From a virus, in the IMG/VR virus record IMGVR_UViG_3300045988_113306: a DNA stretch of 64,000 nt. One strand, written 5' to 3'. A program made the position numbers and the translations under genes. The notes below the pieces were generated by a model, which searched no databases, was not told the DNA's origin, and worked only from the letters and a program-made list of their open reading frames with translations. Of the stretch, positions 1-10,051 are shown piece after piece; the first letter of the stretch is position 1, and the number at the start of each line of letters is the position of its first letter.

Positions 1-17
1 GATTCATTCATATATCG

Positions 18-629
18 TTATTCTTTTTCAATCAAGTTCCAATGTTCCATAGCGTATTCCTTTGTTTGCAACCAACATTCCCGGCGTGTGATTTCACAAA
101 TATGATTGCATTTAGGTTGCACGATGATATACTGCTCGGCGGACTTCTCGGACGCTCCAAATTTGTCATTGAGCTTTACGCGCAAGTCTGCCTCGGTCTT
201 TTGCAATAATGCCAACGTCTTTAAGTCCGATGCGTTTTCGCCCGACATCGCGTCTTTTTTCAATTCCACGATTTCACGCAACTGTTGTTCAATTCCTTCT
301 CGGTTTTCCTCAAATGTCATTGAACCGTCATCCGTTCCATTTGTTTTCTTCCCTTTGCTCTTGGCTATCAGATTCGCTATCTCGGCAGCCTCGTCCTTTT
401 CCTTGGCTTGTAGCTTCTCACTTTGGAAGTAGCGTACCAAGTATTTTATGCGGTCAAGCTCCTTGAACGTTTCGTAATTGCCGTCATCGCCGAAAATGAG
501 TCTGTAGGACATCGCTCCGTCGCCGAGTTTGGCAACCAATATGGAATAGCCTACATCCCTTATTCGGACTTCATGGCCGCGCTTCTTTGCATCCTCTATT
601 ACCTTGTCTATATACCTTGTTTCTGCCAT
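18..629 (-). CDS. hypothetical protein, 203 aa, directly downstream of terL
   Basis: Track ORF 18..641; first ATG at 629, 2 nt after the terL stop; charged helical middle; no motif I recognise. Confidence 0.5.
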   Translation of the reverse strand: MAETRYIDKVIEDAKKRGHEVRIRDVGYSILVAKLGDGAMSYRLIFGDDGNYETFKELDRIKYLVRYFQSEKLQAKEKDEAAEIANLIAKSKGKKTNGTDDGSMTFEENREGIEQQLREIVELKKDAMSGENASDLKTLALLQKTEADLRVKLNDKFGASEKSAEQYIIVQPKCNHICEITRRECWLQTKEYAMEHWNLIEKE

Positions 630-631
630 AT

Positions 632-2227
632 CTAACACCAAGTTGAATCATCGTAAATGTTAACTCTTTGACCGTAGATGTCTTCTTCCTCCTCTTCGGT
701 CATGACGCCGTATTGCAACTCGTCGCCGTATTCACAGGACAAGCAGGGGAAATACCTCATTGAACATGCGTCCGTCAAGTCCATTGACCCGTCGTGGCCG
801 AGGTTTGAGTTCATTTCCTTTTTAGTCCACAGTCTTTTCTTTCCGCCCGCCATCTCGTTGAAACGCACCACCGAGCACTCGTCCACAAACTCGGCCAATA
901 CCGTTATTTGTGACTTTATGTTTTGGTGGGTGTATTGCATATTGGCGACATCCTCCGACATTGATATGCGACTTTCGTTGACCGCATTGACAAAGCGCAT
1001 GTAGCACTCGTCCTTCAATAACTGAAAGTTCAGTCGATACAAACCTCTTGGCCGATATGAAGAAACGTAGGGCTGTGCATCGGGAATGTAGTCGGACATA
1101 TACGTGGCTCGCTGTCCGTCGTATATGACATGACTGTCCCCTATGTCGTGTCTGCGCTGCATACGCTTGATATGCTCAACATTGCCTTTCGGCGTGGTCT
1201 TTTGTATTATGTCAATGTCTATGATGTGGAATCCGTTCCAAGCCAAGATTATCGTATTGTCCTTGCCTACATCCGCCAAGTCCGCCGTAATCCACTTGTC
1301 ACCGTTCATCATTGGGTCGTTGTCGGCGATTGAACGGGCCTTGGATAAAATGATAGGGGCTTCAGTTTCCGAGTCGGGGTCGTAATCCCAACTGCCTTCG
1401 AGAAGGGCCGCACCCTCTCGACCACTAATGCTGCCGATATAATCTGGATTAGTTGCAAGAAGGGCTTTATTCTCAGAAACGCTGCCGAGAATAAATGTGA
1501 ATGACTTTATAAGGTTCTCATACGATGCGTCATGCCCTAACTTGCGCAACGATTTGTCAATGCTCTTTTTGCATTTTTGGTACACTTCCAACTTGTCGTT
1601 CCCCCAAACGTAGTCATCTACGGTGTCGCCATCAAGATAAAAATAACGGACAACACCGCTTCTTTCGGGTATTACAAAACCGTCTGGGCCTATATACCAC
1701 TCTAACATTTTACGAGTGAAGTGACGTTTATGAGGATTAGTAGTGGCTCGTATTTTTCCAGTCCACCCTGCTATACCACGACAACGGGACTGAATGTAAT
1801 TCCAAGTGTAAAAATCAAACCCTGTCAATTCGTCAAAGCATATACAGTCAGCTTGCAAGCCTTTGAATACTTCTCGGACTTTGTTTGGGTTTTCGTCAGC
1901 GACTTGACGGCACTCCACGGAAGCCCCACTTGCAAAGGTGATGCGAGGATTCTCCGATTTAGTAATAGAAACATTGTTGCCGTAGACTTGGCTAAACAGT
2001 TCGAGCATACCGCCACTCGTTTTCAATTCCCCAAGAGTGCGACGCAATACGACTGCACGATAATTTGGGTCAAGGGACGGTTCGGCGTGTAATGCAGCAA
2101 GACCCCAGCTTTTTCCTCCAGCTAAGGAACCTCCGTAGATGCATACGTCTACATTGGTGGAACAGAACAGTTCTTGTCCACCCGGCTGCGGTCTTATTAT
2201 CTTCGGTTGTCGTATGTCATCTGCCAT
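632..2227 (-). CDS. terL: terminase large subunit
   Basis: Track ORF 632..2290; Walker A-like GGSLAGGKSWG, Walker B-like CICFDELTG, TerL-like size; ATG at 2227 (MADDIRQPK) preferred; ends in TAG. Confidence 0.85.
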   Translation of the reverse strand: MADDIRQPKIIRPQPGGQELFCSTNVDVCIYGGSLAGGKSWGLAALHAEPSLDPNYRAVVLRRTLGELKTSGGMLELFSQVYGNNVSITKSENPRITFASGASVECRQVADENPNKVREVFKGLQADCICFDELTGFDFYTWNYIQSRCRGIAGWTGKIRATTNPHKRHFTRKMLEWYIGPDGFVIPERSGVVRYFYLDGDTVDDYVWGNDKLEVYQKCKKSIDKSLRKLGHDASYENLIKSFTFILGSVSENKALLATNPDYIGSISGREGAALLEGSWDYDPDSETEAPIILSKARSIADNDPMMNGDKWITADLADVGKDNTIILAWNGFHIIDIDIIQKTTPKGNVEHIKRMQRRHDIGDSHVIYDGQRATYMSDYIPDAQPYVSSYRPRGLYRLNFQLLKDECYMRFVNAVNESRISMSEDVANMQYTHQNIKSQITVLAEFVDECSVVRFNEMAGGKKRLWTKKEMNSNLGHDGSMDLTDACSMRYFPCLSCEYGDELQYGVMTEEEEEDIYGQRVNIYDDSTWC

Positions 2228-2330
2228 TAATCGCCATCGTTTTGAACGCACCGCTTGGAAAGAAAATAGGGAAAGGGAAACGATGCACAACCCTTTGTCA
2301 GCAGGCAGCTATCTCTGCCTATCCCCGCCG

Positions 2331-2338
2331 CAAAATTA
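2331..2338 (-). promoter_or_regulatory. candidate -7 promoter box (TAATTTTG on minus strand) for terL
   Basis: CAAAATTA on plus strand = TAnnTTTG on minus, about 100 nt upstream of terL ATG. Confidence 0.3.
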
Positions 2339-2435
2339 CCTAATGACAATGCCTATATATAATAATAATGTGAAAAACATTGATACTGTATCAAATATTT
2401 CCCCGAAAATCCAAACATCGTATCATCCCGCCAAC

Positions 2436-2443
2436 TATTTTTG
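2436..2443 (+). promoter_or_regulatory. candidate -7 promoter box TATTTTTG
   Basis: TAnnTTTG match 26 nt upstream of ATG 2470; no clear -33 TTTG. Confidence 0.35.
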
Positions 2444-2469
2444 CACCAAACTCTTAAATAATTAGCAGA

Positions 2470-3126
2470 ATGAAGTTTACACAAAACGACGCCTTTAAAA
2501 AGATTAAGGGCATCCTGACACGAGGCGGGAAAGACCTGCAAATGTCAGAAAGAAGCATCATGGAGCAGATTGACAGCCTTTCGGCCCTGATTGCAAACGA
2601 CGACATGGAGTTGGACGATTTTATCGCCAAGGTCGAGAACACTTTCAAGACCATGAACGGCAACGCTAAGAAGGACTACTCCGATTTCGTCAACAAGTGG
2701 AAAGAGGAACACCCCGAAGCCGACCCTCCACAAAACGAGCCTAAGCCCAACGACCAAACAAAGGTCAACCCTGAGCTTGAAGCCCTGAAGGCGGAAATCG
2801 AGGCCCTTAAATCCAAGAACGCCGAGGCCGAGAAACTATCAAAGTTAAGTGCAAAAAAATCGGAACTCGTCAACGCTCTCGGAGCAAAGGGCGTCAAGGA
2901 CAAGGAGTGGATTGAATCTTTCCTGTCGGAAGTGAACATCACGGAGGACTTGGACGTGGACGCGAAAGCAGAGGCTTACGCCAAGTTCTACAACAAGTCC
3001 AACGCTAATGTGCCGCCCACGCCTACGCCCGGCAACCCGAACTCAAACATAGACGATGAATTTGCGTCTTTGAAGAGAGCGTCTGAGCTTGCAAAGCAGC
3101 AGCGTGAGCAAATGGAGTCAATTTAG
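2470..3126 (+). CDS. putative head scaffolding protein
   Basis: 218 aa, very charged, coiled-coil-like (EALKAEIEALKSKNAEAEKLSKL); lies just upstream of capsid-like genes. Confidence 0.4.
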   Translation: MKFTQNDAFKKIKGILTRGGKDLQMSERSIMEQIDSLSALIANDDMELDDFIAKVENTFKTMNGNAKKDYSDFVNKWKEEHPEADPPQNEPKPNDQTKVNPELEALKAEIEALKSKNAEAEKLSKLSAKKSELVNALGAKGVKDKEWIESFLSEVNITEDLDVDAKAEAYAKFYNKSNANVPPTPTPGNPNSNIDDEFASLKRASELAKQQREQMESI

Positions 3127-3145
3127 AAACTTAACACACAAAAAC

Positions 3146-3889
3146 ATGGCAAATATTACAAAAATGGCCGGTGGATATTTTGGCGGGCGTTCACTCGTTC
3201 AGCAAACCGGCACTAAAGGCGGTGCTCGTCACGTCTTTGTAAAATTCGACGACATAAAGGACGACCTTGTGTTCCCGACATTCGGTGGACAGGTCATGAA
3301 TCCGTTTCCCGGCGCTGCCAAGTTATTCGCTGGCGACCTAATGGAATTCCGAACTGAAACCGACGGACTTAAAGGCAAGGTTTGGATTCTCAAGACCTAT
3401 GAGGTCGTTTCCGCTTCCGGCACAACCGTGAACATCGTTCGCGACGGTTATCATCACATCCCATTTGTAAGCGATGTTCTCACAGTGGCTCCCGAAACCA
3501 TCGGCGGAACTGGCGCAGCAATGACAGTCGTAGCAGTCACCAAGACCAAGGTAGACACTCAGGATGTATGGGCGTTGACACTTTCCGCAGCTCCCACAAC
3601 CGCTCCCGCAAAGGGCGACATCCTCGTTGAGTGCGACTCAACAGGCAAGATGTTGGTGAAAAACATAAACGCTTGTGCTGCATGGGATTATGACTTTATG
3701 TGGTCGCAAGCCGCCGACCCGACCGACGAGGATGAGTTTGAGGCCGCCCGCTACTTCCTCACTCCGACTCTCCGTGGAACAATTTATGAGTCAAGAATGA
3801 GCCCCATGCCTAAATGCGTGAAGGATTTGAACATTTCCAACATCAACGGATGGTTCCGCTTCGACGCGCTTAACAAACCGAATGTTTAA
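3146..3889 (+). CDS. hypothetical virion-module protein, 247 aa
   Basis: Track ORF 3089..3889; ATG at 3146 (MANITKMAGG) follows the previous stop; sits between scaffold-like and capsid-like genes. Confidence 0.5.
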   Translation: MANITKMAGGYFGGRSLVQQTGTKGGARHVFVKFDDIKDDLVFPTFGGQVMNPFPGAAKLFAGDLMEFRTETDGLKGKVWILKTYEVVSASGTTVNIVRDGYHHIPFVSDVLTVAPETIGGTGAAMTVVAVTKTKVDTQDVWALTLSAAPTTAPAKGDILVECDSTGKMLVKNINACAAWDYDFMWSQAADPTDEDEFEAARYFLTPTLRGTIYESRMSPMPKCVKDLNISNINGWFRFDALNKPNV

Positions 3890-3909
3890 CCATCTAATAA
3901 AGTATTGAC

Positions 3910-5094
3910 ATGAAATTTGACTTTTCAAACACCAAATACGTCCGAATGTTTGAGGACTCATTGGAGGGACGTAGAATCATATCTTACATCCTCAATGACC
4001 CCAATCTCGTAAAGGCAAACTACACGTTCTGGCGCACATTCTTCCCTGCCGACCCCACTCCCATACCTACTGACAAGTCTGGCCGTGCCGCCGTGCGCGT
4101 TGAAGCCCGTCAACCTGAACATGCAACTATGGCCGATTGGCGAGCACCGCTTGGAAACTCTCGCCTTGCAGAAGGGGGTGCAGCTTCCGAGTATAATGCC
4201 GGAATCATTGACCTCATTGCTCCGGGATGGCAGGAACAGGCAATGGAACGCGAATATAAGGAGAAGCTATTCCAAGACCTCGGCGACGATGCGCCTCTGC
4301 TCTTAGGCTACGCTACCGACGTTCTCCAGCCCCGTGTCGACTCAGTGAACATGGCATTGTCGAACATGGCAGCTCAGGCACTGTCAAAGTCACAGGTTGT
4401 TTACAAGGGCGGTAAAGGCATCACGGGTCCTGTGTACAAGGCACCCACTCCTGCCGAGAACTTCACTAAGATGTTCCACAATATCATATCAGACCCCGAT
4501 TGCGACATCCTTGCAGAACTCGCTGAAATCAACCAGTACTATACCGAAAGCGTATGGGGTAATGAGAATATGCCTACTGAGTACCTTGTACCCGAAGCCA
4601 TCTTCCTTAACAACTTTCTCAAGAATGCCAAGGTAATAGATTGGTTGAAAGTTCAGTGGCTTCTTGATAAGGGCCAGCTTATCAATCAAACATCAAGCGT
4701 TCCGTCGAACATCGTTGATGAAGCAACTTTCCAAAAGTATGCCATCAAATACCCCGGCCTGCCTCCTATTCGCGTCATCCGCGAGAAGCAGCTTAACGAC
4801 GGCGTTGTGACATCAGGTTGGTCGCCCAACATCATAACCCTCAAGGCTACTGGTTTCGCTGGTAAGACCTACCGCACCGAGATACTTGACCGTACACTCT
4901 CGGAGAAATACGGCAACAATATCATCACCAAGGTATTCGGAACAACCCTTGACGGAATTGTCACCGTTGAGAACACCACTGGTGTTGACGGACAATACAA
5001 GTATTGGGCCACCGATGTCAAATGCTCGGCTACTCCTATTCTTGACTTGTATCTGTACATGGCACACATTGACACATCGCAAGTTAAGGCATAA
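3910..5094 (+). CDS. putative major capsid protein
   Basis: 394 aa, position after the scaffold-like gene, followed by a strong terminator; resemblance to lambda-E-type capsid proteins is from memory only. Confidence 0.5.
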   Translation: MKFDFSNTKYVRMFEDSLEGRRIISYILNDPNLVKANYTFWRTFFPADPTPIPTDKSGRAAVRVEARQPEHATMADWRAPLGNSRLAEGGAASEYNAGIIDLIAPGWQEQAMEREYKEKLFQDLGDDAPLLLGYATDVLQPRVDSVNMALSNMAAQALSKSQVVYKGGKGITGPVYKAPTPAENFTKMFHNIISDPDCDILAELAEINQYYTESVWGNENMPTEYLVPEAIFLNNFLKNAKVIDWLKVQWLLDKGQLINQTSSVPSNIVDEATFQKYAIKYPGLPPIRVIREKQLNDGVVTSGWSPNIITLKATGFAGKTYRTEILDRTLSEKYGNNIITKVFGTTLDGIVTVENTTGVDGQYKYWATDVKCSATPILDLYLYMAHIDTSQVKA

Positions 5095-5116
5095 CGAACA
5101 AACACCTCCTTTCTTA

Positions 5117-5155
5117 ATGGGGCGGGGCTTAAATGCTTACCGCCCCATCTTTTTA
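5117..5155 (+). terminator. intrinsic terminator after capsid-like gene
   Basis: ATGGGGCGG...CCGCCCCAT 9-bp stem followed by CTTTTTAT. Confidence 0.75.
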
Positions 5156-5187
5156 TATTACAGTATCAAACTTTTAGCCGATAATAT

Positions 5188-5219
5188 TTTGAACAACCTG
5201 AGCCCAAGCGTTACATTTG
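5188..5219 (+). promoter_or_regulatory. Bacteroidota-type promoter (TTTG-N20-TACATTTG)
   Basis: -33 TTTG at 5188-5191, -7 TACATTTG at 5212-5219, 24 nt before ATG 5244. Confidence 0.55.
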
Positions 5220-5243
5220 TGATAACATATAATTGCAATTGAT

Positions 5244-5675
5244 ATGAAAGAAAAAACAAGTTTAGACCTGTTCGACCTCTCGGAATATCCGAGGGACTTC
5301 AAACAGTACTTAAAAAACTACGGATTCCACTTCACGAAAAAGTGCGTGGATTACGCCGTAAAGGGATTGAAAAAGGAAAATCCCGCCACTAAGAAATTGG
5401 AGGTCATCGAACCTTGGGACAAAGATAAAGTCGACGACTTGCTCAAACGCTTCAACATAGTATTGGAGGACAACGAGCTTCACGACTATGTTTGGGTATG
5501 CAACATGCTCCGTTCAGACATGTTCAAGTCAAGCATTCCCGACGAGCAACACCTTGCGATGGGAGTAAAAGACATGGTTGATGACAAAGACCAAAAGGAC
5601 GGATTCATATTCAACAGATGGGTTAACGACAGATTGTTCAACGGATGCCCGATTGATTGGGCGGAATTGCTGTAG
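5244..5675 (+). CDS. hypothetical protein, 143 aa
   Basis: Track ORF; ATG start, own promoter; ends in TAG. Confidence 0.6.
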   Translation: MKEKTSLDLFDLSEYPRDFKQYLKNYGFHFTKKCVDYAVKGLKKENPATKKLEVIEPWDKDKVDDLLKRFNIVLEDNELHDYVWVCNMLRSDMFKSSIPDEQHLAMGVKDMVDDKDQKDGFIFNRWVNDRLFNGCPIDWAELL

Positions 5676-5677
5676 TC

Positions 5678-5899
5678 ATGGATAAAAAGAATTTGTTCGA
5701 CCATTGGCTAAGGATAATCGCCATCGCCGTAATAATCGTCGGCTTGGTACTGATAATAGAAGGCTTCCTGATTGACCCGCAGGGACAAATCCACCACTCG
5801 GTTCTGATATACTTCGGCGAGTGTCTGATATTCGTCGGATGCGTGCCGATAGTTGAAATATACACGAGAGAAAAAGAGAAAAAGAAAAAAGGCAAATAA
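5678..5899 (+). CDS. small membrane protein, 73 aa
   Basis: Track ORF 5657..5899; ATG at 5678 just after the previous stop; two hydrophobic helices, lysine-rich tail. Confidence 0.55.
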   Translation: MDKKNLFDHWLRIIAIAVIIVGLVLIIEGFLIDPQGQIHHSVLIYFGECLIFVGCVPIVEIYTREKEKKKKGK

Positions 5900-6334
5900 A
5901 TGGAAAGCATATACGAATGGCTTCTCAACAACGCACTTCCTGAGTTTTGGTCATTCATAAAGCCAATGCTGCCGTGGATGCTTATTTCTATGGTGGCTCC
6001 ATTGGTACGCTACAGGCTTGACAAGCAACTTTGGCTGTACAACAAAAAACATCATGACACTCACGACAAGCCAGCATTCAATAAGTATCGCAGCACTATC
6101 ATGAACTGCATATCCATAGTGTCGCTTGCGGGAGTGTGCGAGATGACGTTTGCGCCTGTGCTCGGCATCACTATCGTGTCGAGCGTGTTGATGGTGGTGA
6201 TAGCCACCGTCCAGCTTGTCAAGTGCATAAACTCGTACCTGAAGATTGAGGAGGTGGGCTTCCGCATTGACTTGTTCAAGGTGTTCAAAAAAAGCTCGTT
6301 CGGAGAGGTTGTTGAAAAAGACGAAAAGCAATGA
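5900..6334 (+). CDS. membrane protein, 144 aa
   Basis: ATG abuts the previous stop; several hydrophobic segments. Confidence 0.55.
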   Translation: MESIYEWLLNNALPEFWSFIKPMLPWMLISMVAPLVRYRLDKQLWLYNKKHHDTHDKPAFNKYRSTIMNCISIVSLAGVCEMTFAPVLGITIVSSVLMVVIATVQLVKCINSYLKIEEVGFRIDLFKVFKKSSFGEVVEKDEKQ

Positions 6335-6765
6335 TACGACAAGACGTTCATTTTAACATGATGGATTGGGATGTGACATTGTTCTACAATGCCAAGCCTT
6401 ATGACGCATCCGAGATTATGCGTTGCTTGTGGAACAACGGCATCTGTCCTGAGAAATATTGGGAGGCCCAAACGCTCTTGCGTAGCGGGCGACGAAACGA
6501 GGGACTGACATACACAAACCCACGATACCACAGTAGCGTCGTGGTGATTGGCCATGTTTCCGACATTTGGGAATGGATAGACACCGTTGAACACGAGGGC
6601 CGACATTTGGTGCAGGGTATCTGCAACCATTATGGCATAGACCCGGACAGTGAGGAAGCCGCATATATGGAGGGCCACTTGTTCAAGCAGATTGTAAAAG
6701 AGTTTGCCTATGAGTTCGGCGGACTTTTCATGCGAGCATGGAACTTACTAAAAACAATAAGATAG
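6331..6765 (+). CDS. hypothetical protein with HExxH motif, 144 aa
   Basis: ATGA start-stop overlap with previous gene; VEHEGRHLV contains HExxH (possible metallopeptidase-like site). Confidence 0.45.
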   Translation: MIRQDVHFNMMDWDVTLFYNAKPYDASEIMRCLWNNGICPEKYWEAQTLLRSGRRNEGLTYTNPRYHSSVVVIGHVSDIWEWIDTVEHEGRHLVQGICNHYGIDPDSEEAAYMEGHLFKQIVKEFAYEFGGLFMRAWNLLKTIR

Positions 6766-6799
6766 GCAAGGCGCTTTGCCCTGTAAAACTCAAGTGATA

Positions 6800-6835
6800 A
6801 AAAAGGGAGTGTCCTCACGGATGCTCCCTTTTCAT
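6800..6835. terminator. bidirectional terminator between convergent modules
   Basis: AAAAGGGAG...CTCCCTTTT: 8-bp stem flanked by an A-run and a T-run where plus and minus operons meet. Confidence 0.65.
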
Positions 6836-6858
6836 CATCTAAAAGATTGTTTACAAAA

Positions 6859-7455
6859 TTACGAGTTATCTATGTCTGGTATAGGCGTATTGACAATTTC
6901 GTCAACGGCCTTGGCGCTGTCTATAAATTCGTTGTTTGCCTTGATGTCCTCTTCGGTTTCAGGTTTCAAATCCTGCGACGCAATTCCAATAGCGTATTCA
7001 CTAAAAGACTCAATCATCTTGGCCGTTACTTCGTAAAGCATACGTTGGTCTAATGAGCATAGGATGGGGGTTTGTAATGAATACAATGTAGCATCACGCA
7101 AAGCGCCCTCCATGTCGTCAAGCTCCTTGTCATCGGACGGATTCTCAAGGTATTCAAAGATATGCTCACAAAGCTCATAAAGCGAACGCATACGCATTTC
7201 CACAATTGTGTACATGCCTCCCTTTGCCTCGAATATAAACTTTCCCGTCCGGGTCTTTGACAGCTTGGTCGTTTCAAAGTCGTATGACTTCTCAATGTCG
7301 GCCAATGGGATAATAACCTCGGTGGGCTCAATGTCGGCCTGTTTCTGCAAGCTGACAAGCTCGTCAATCAACGAGTTGGCGAAGTGCGCGTCCTTTGAGT
7401 TGGCGACTATCTTACTTTTTACTTCTTTTAGTTTTTGGTGTAGCTGTTTTTCCAT
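6859..7455 (-). CDS. hypothetical protein, 198 aa
   Basis: Track ORF 6859..7506 (TTG); first ATG at 7455 (MEKQLHQK). Confidence 0.55.
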   Translation of the reverse strand: MEKQLHQKLKEVKSKIVANSKDAHFANSLIDELVSLQKQADIEPTEVIIPLADIEKSYDFETTKLSKTRTGKFIFEAKGGMYTIVEMRMRSLYELCEHIFEYLENPSDDKELDDMEGALRDATLYSLQTPILCSLDQRMLYEVTAKMIESFSEYAIGIASQDLKPETEEDIKANNEFIDSAKAVDEIVNTPIPDIDNS

Positions 7456-7969
7456 ACTTCTTACGTTTTGAAATCTTTTCCATAAGTTCGGGGTCGGCCA
7501 TTTCAATGCGTTTTCGGGCGTCCTCGTTGATGTCCGACACCATCTTGGCTTGGCGCATCGCGACTTCCTCGATATACTCGTTTATTTGCTTTCTGTCGGC
7601 CTCAATCTGCTCAGGCGACTTATCGTCTGTCGAGAGGAGCTTTTTGATGTCAGCCTCGTTGTAGCCCATTTTTCGGAGGTATTTCAACCTTTGCTCATCA
7701 TTGGCAAATCTCGGCACTATGTTCGCTGCGGTTGCCTCGTATGGATGGATTGAAAGCATCTCGCATATTATGGCTACCGGGCCGAAGTCGCGCACGATTC
7801 TTGGATTGTCCTTGCCGTCGTTAACCACAAGGCAGTAACCTATCTGCCCGTTGCTTTTACGGACACGGGCAATGGCCTTTATCCATTTCTTCTTATATTT
7901 GCCGTCGATGGCAGGGGGTAAGTCGGGCCACCCGATTTCTTTCAATGCTTCAAGGAGTCCGTTGTTCAT
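7412..7969 (-). CDS. hypothetical protein, 185 aa, basic C-terminal tail
   Basis: Track ORF; ATGA-type coupling with upstream gene. Confidence 0.55.
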   Translation of the reverse strand: MNNGLLEALKEIGWPDLPPAIDGKYKKKWIKAIARVRKSNGQIGYCLVVNDGKDNPRIVRDFGPVAIICEMLSIHPYEATAANIVPRFANDEQRLKYLRKMGYNEADIKKLLSTDDKSPEQIEADRKQINEYIEEVAMRQAKMVSDINEDARKRIEMADPELMEKISKRKKYGKTATPKTKRSKK

Positions 7970-8544
7970 TCCGTTTCGTTCAGCTTGTCAATTAACTGTT
8001 GGCGTTCCTCGCCTTGCACTTTGTATTTCACACAATAACACGGACGCACATATTGTCCGTTGGATAGGCAAAGATACATTTCTCCGTCGCTGTCATGTGA
8101 CATCGCTTCAATGACCTCGGTTTGACTTTCTCCGGGTTCGGGGATATACTTTACCCAATCGCCGACATGGAAATCATGAACTATGATTTTGTTGCCATCG
8201 ACATGCCATCCGTGTACAAACAGGGATGTTAGTTCTTTTGCAGTTTCGTCATCCATTAGCTTTATGGCATCGGTTATACGGGGATGATTTATATTATCAT
8301 CCAGCTTTTGAATCTTTTTTGATACATGAAACGTCAACGGGTCTAACCATTCTTCAAAATCCTCAAACGAAAGACCCTCGGTCATCCTCACTCCGTCACG
8401 GTTGTAGACGTGGCTGGCAAACTTTATATGCTTCTTGCTGATATATTTTATATGCTGCACCAACCACTCCATGATTGACTTTCTCGCGTGGTGGGTGTAG
8501 ACGGTCTTTGACAAATGGTCTAAGATTTCTTCTTTGGTTTTCAT
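7966..8544 (-). CDS. hypothetical protein, 192 aa
   Basis: Track ORF in tightly packed minus-strand operon. Confidence 0.55.
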   Translation of the reverse strand: MKTKEEILDHLSKTVYTHHARKSIMEWLVQHIKYISKKHIKFASHVYNRDGVRMTEGLSFEDFEEWLDPLTFHVSKKIQKLDDNINHPRITDAIKLMDDETAKELTSLFVHGWHVDGNKIIVHDFHVGDWVKYIPEPGESQTEVIEAMSHDSDGEMYLCLSNGQYVRPCYCVKYKVQGEERQQLIDKLNETE

Positions 8545-8555
8545 TATGTTTGATT

Positions 8556-9041
8556 TTAAATTTGCGACGTTGGATAAAACTTGCCCCCGAAATTCCTGAA
8601 CTTGTATTTCACCACACGGTACTGCTGTTTACCGTGCAGTATCTCATCCGAAACCTCCGGGGCGTCTATAAGGCACAACTGCCAATAGCGGTCGGGACGG
8701 AAAGTGTCGTGGTATTCTATCTTTTGTGCGGTAACGTAGTCAAAGAACGCCTGTTCATCCTCCAATACGGCGTATTCCGCATTGGACTTCCACACAAGCG
8801 TCAAAGTAATGTCGGATGTGTCGTATGCTATGTCGTCAACTGAGGGAACCCACAAGTTGCTACCGCTTTTCTCGGCAAACTTCTCCTCGTACACATTCAT
8901 TGCCTTGGTTGGCTTGTTCCCCGAAAAGGACTTGTAATAGCAATTGAAATGCTCCTCCAAGTCTATGACAGGGAATGTGGTTGAGCCTTGGGGGTACTTA
9001 TGTATGTAGAAGCGGTATTTGGTGTGGTGTTTATAGCTCAT
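8556..9041 (-). CDS. hypothetical protein, 161 aa
   Basis: Track ORF. Confidence 0.55.
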   Translation of the reverse strand: MSYKHHTKYRFYIHKYPQGSTTFPVIDLEEHFNCYYKSFSGNKPTKAMNVYEEKFAEKSGSNLWVPSVDDIAYDTSDITLTLVWKSNAEYAVLEDEQAFFDYVTAQKIEYHDTFRPDRYWQLCLIDAPEVSDEILHGKQQYRVVKYKFRNFGGKFYPTSQI

Positions 9042-9528
9042 CTCTTATGATTTTCACGTTTGACTTGTCATAGTCGTAAATATCGGCATCTTCGCCGTAT
9101 ATGTAGACATTCGCCTTGCCGTCGCCCTTGATGTAGCATTTGCAGTTAACCAAGTGCATCTCGCATATACGATTCTTGGGAATGTATATAGTGCCGATAA
9201 AATCTATCGCTATCAATGCCGTCGTAGTGGCCCGTATCGCGGCAATGTCGTCCCCTTTGCCGTCCAAACAATACATCGCCGATGTGTAGCCGTCCATGTC
9301 GCGGACATACTTGCCGTTATTGAATGGAGCATACTCACGGCAGATATACTCGGCTGTAAGCCCCCATCCCTTGGCAATTGAACGGGCAACCCAAGGCATC
9401 CCGTTTGCGTCAAGACAGATGTCCATGAACGCCTTTTTAGACTTCGCCTTATCCACCTTGTCGGTGTATTCTTGGCAAAGCCCTAAGCGTTTCGCTTTGG
9501 CGATGAATTCTTCAAATGTCTTGTCCAT
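9031..9528 (-). CDS. hypothetical protein, 165 aa
   Basis: Track ORF. Confidence 0.55.
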   Translation of the reverse strand: MDKTFEEFIAKAKRLGLCQEYTDKVDKAKSKKAFMDICLDANGMPWVARSIAKGWGLTAEYICREYAPFNNGKYVRDMDGYTSAMYCLDGKGDDIAAIRATTTALIAIDFIGTIYIPKNRICEMHLVNCKCYIKGDGKANVYIYGEDADIYDYDKSNVKIIRDEL

Positions 9529-9590
9529 AGCGCAAAGATAATGATTTATTGCGGATTATCAAAAAATAAGCGTATATATTTGCCGTCAAT

Positions 9591-10040
9591 TCAACACTCT
9601 GCAAGTCGTTGCGCATTATCATCCCCGTATGCGATTAATACGCTCCCGCAGCCCGAAGTCCCGCCCTGACGCCCGCTTATGTCACAGAATTTTATTCTGC
9701 CACGCATTACTAACATGGCAGTTGCACTCGGAAATATAATGTCATGCCATAATGCCGTGTCCATGCGGTTGAACACTAACGCTATCCCGTTTTTATGCAC
9801 CGCCATCCGTTTCATGAATTGTCCGATTAGCGGATTCTTATACGGGGGATTCAACCATACTCTGCCATACCAAGGTTGCACCAATCCGTCAACATCTTTT
9901 GTGTAGCACGTGTCAGCAGTATAGAATTCCTCACATGGAGCACACGGGTCTAAGTCAAAATGGCCTAATTTAGCAATCAGCGTTTTAGGCGTGTACCATT
10001 CGTCAGTTCGGGAGATAGAACGTTCAAAGGATGTATTCAT
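9591..10040 (-). CDS. phage Dam-type N6-adenine DNA methyltransferase
   Basis: DEWYTP, FDLDPCA and VWLNPPY motifs in the order typical of small phage Dam-family MTases. Confidence 0.8.
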   Translation of the reverse strand: MNTSFERSISRTDEWYTPKTLIAKLGHFDLDPCAPCEEFYTADTCYTKDVDGLVQPWYGRVWLNPPYKNPLIGQFMKRMAVHKNGIALVFNRMDTALWHDIIFPSATAMLVMRGRIKFCDISGRQGGTSGCGSVLIAYGDDNAQRLAEC

Positions 10041-10051
10041 ATCGGTAGTGG

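Noticed and set aside
18-641. Calling the ORF next to terL the small terminase subunit
   Set aside because: It lies downstream of terL, not upstream, and has no motif I can tie to TerS. I left it as hypothetical.
6061-6678. 205-aa minus-strand ORF
   Set aside because: It is antisense to two coupled plus-strand genes (5900..6334 and 6331..6765) that lie in a terminator-bounded plus-strand operon.
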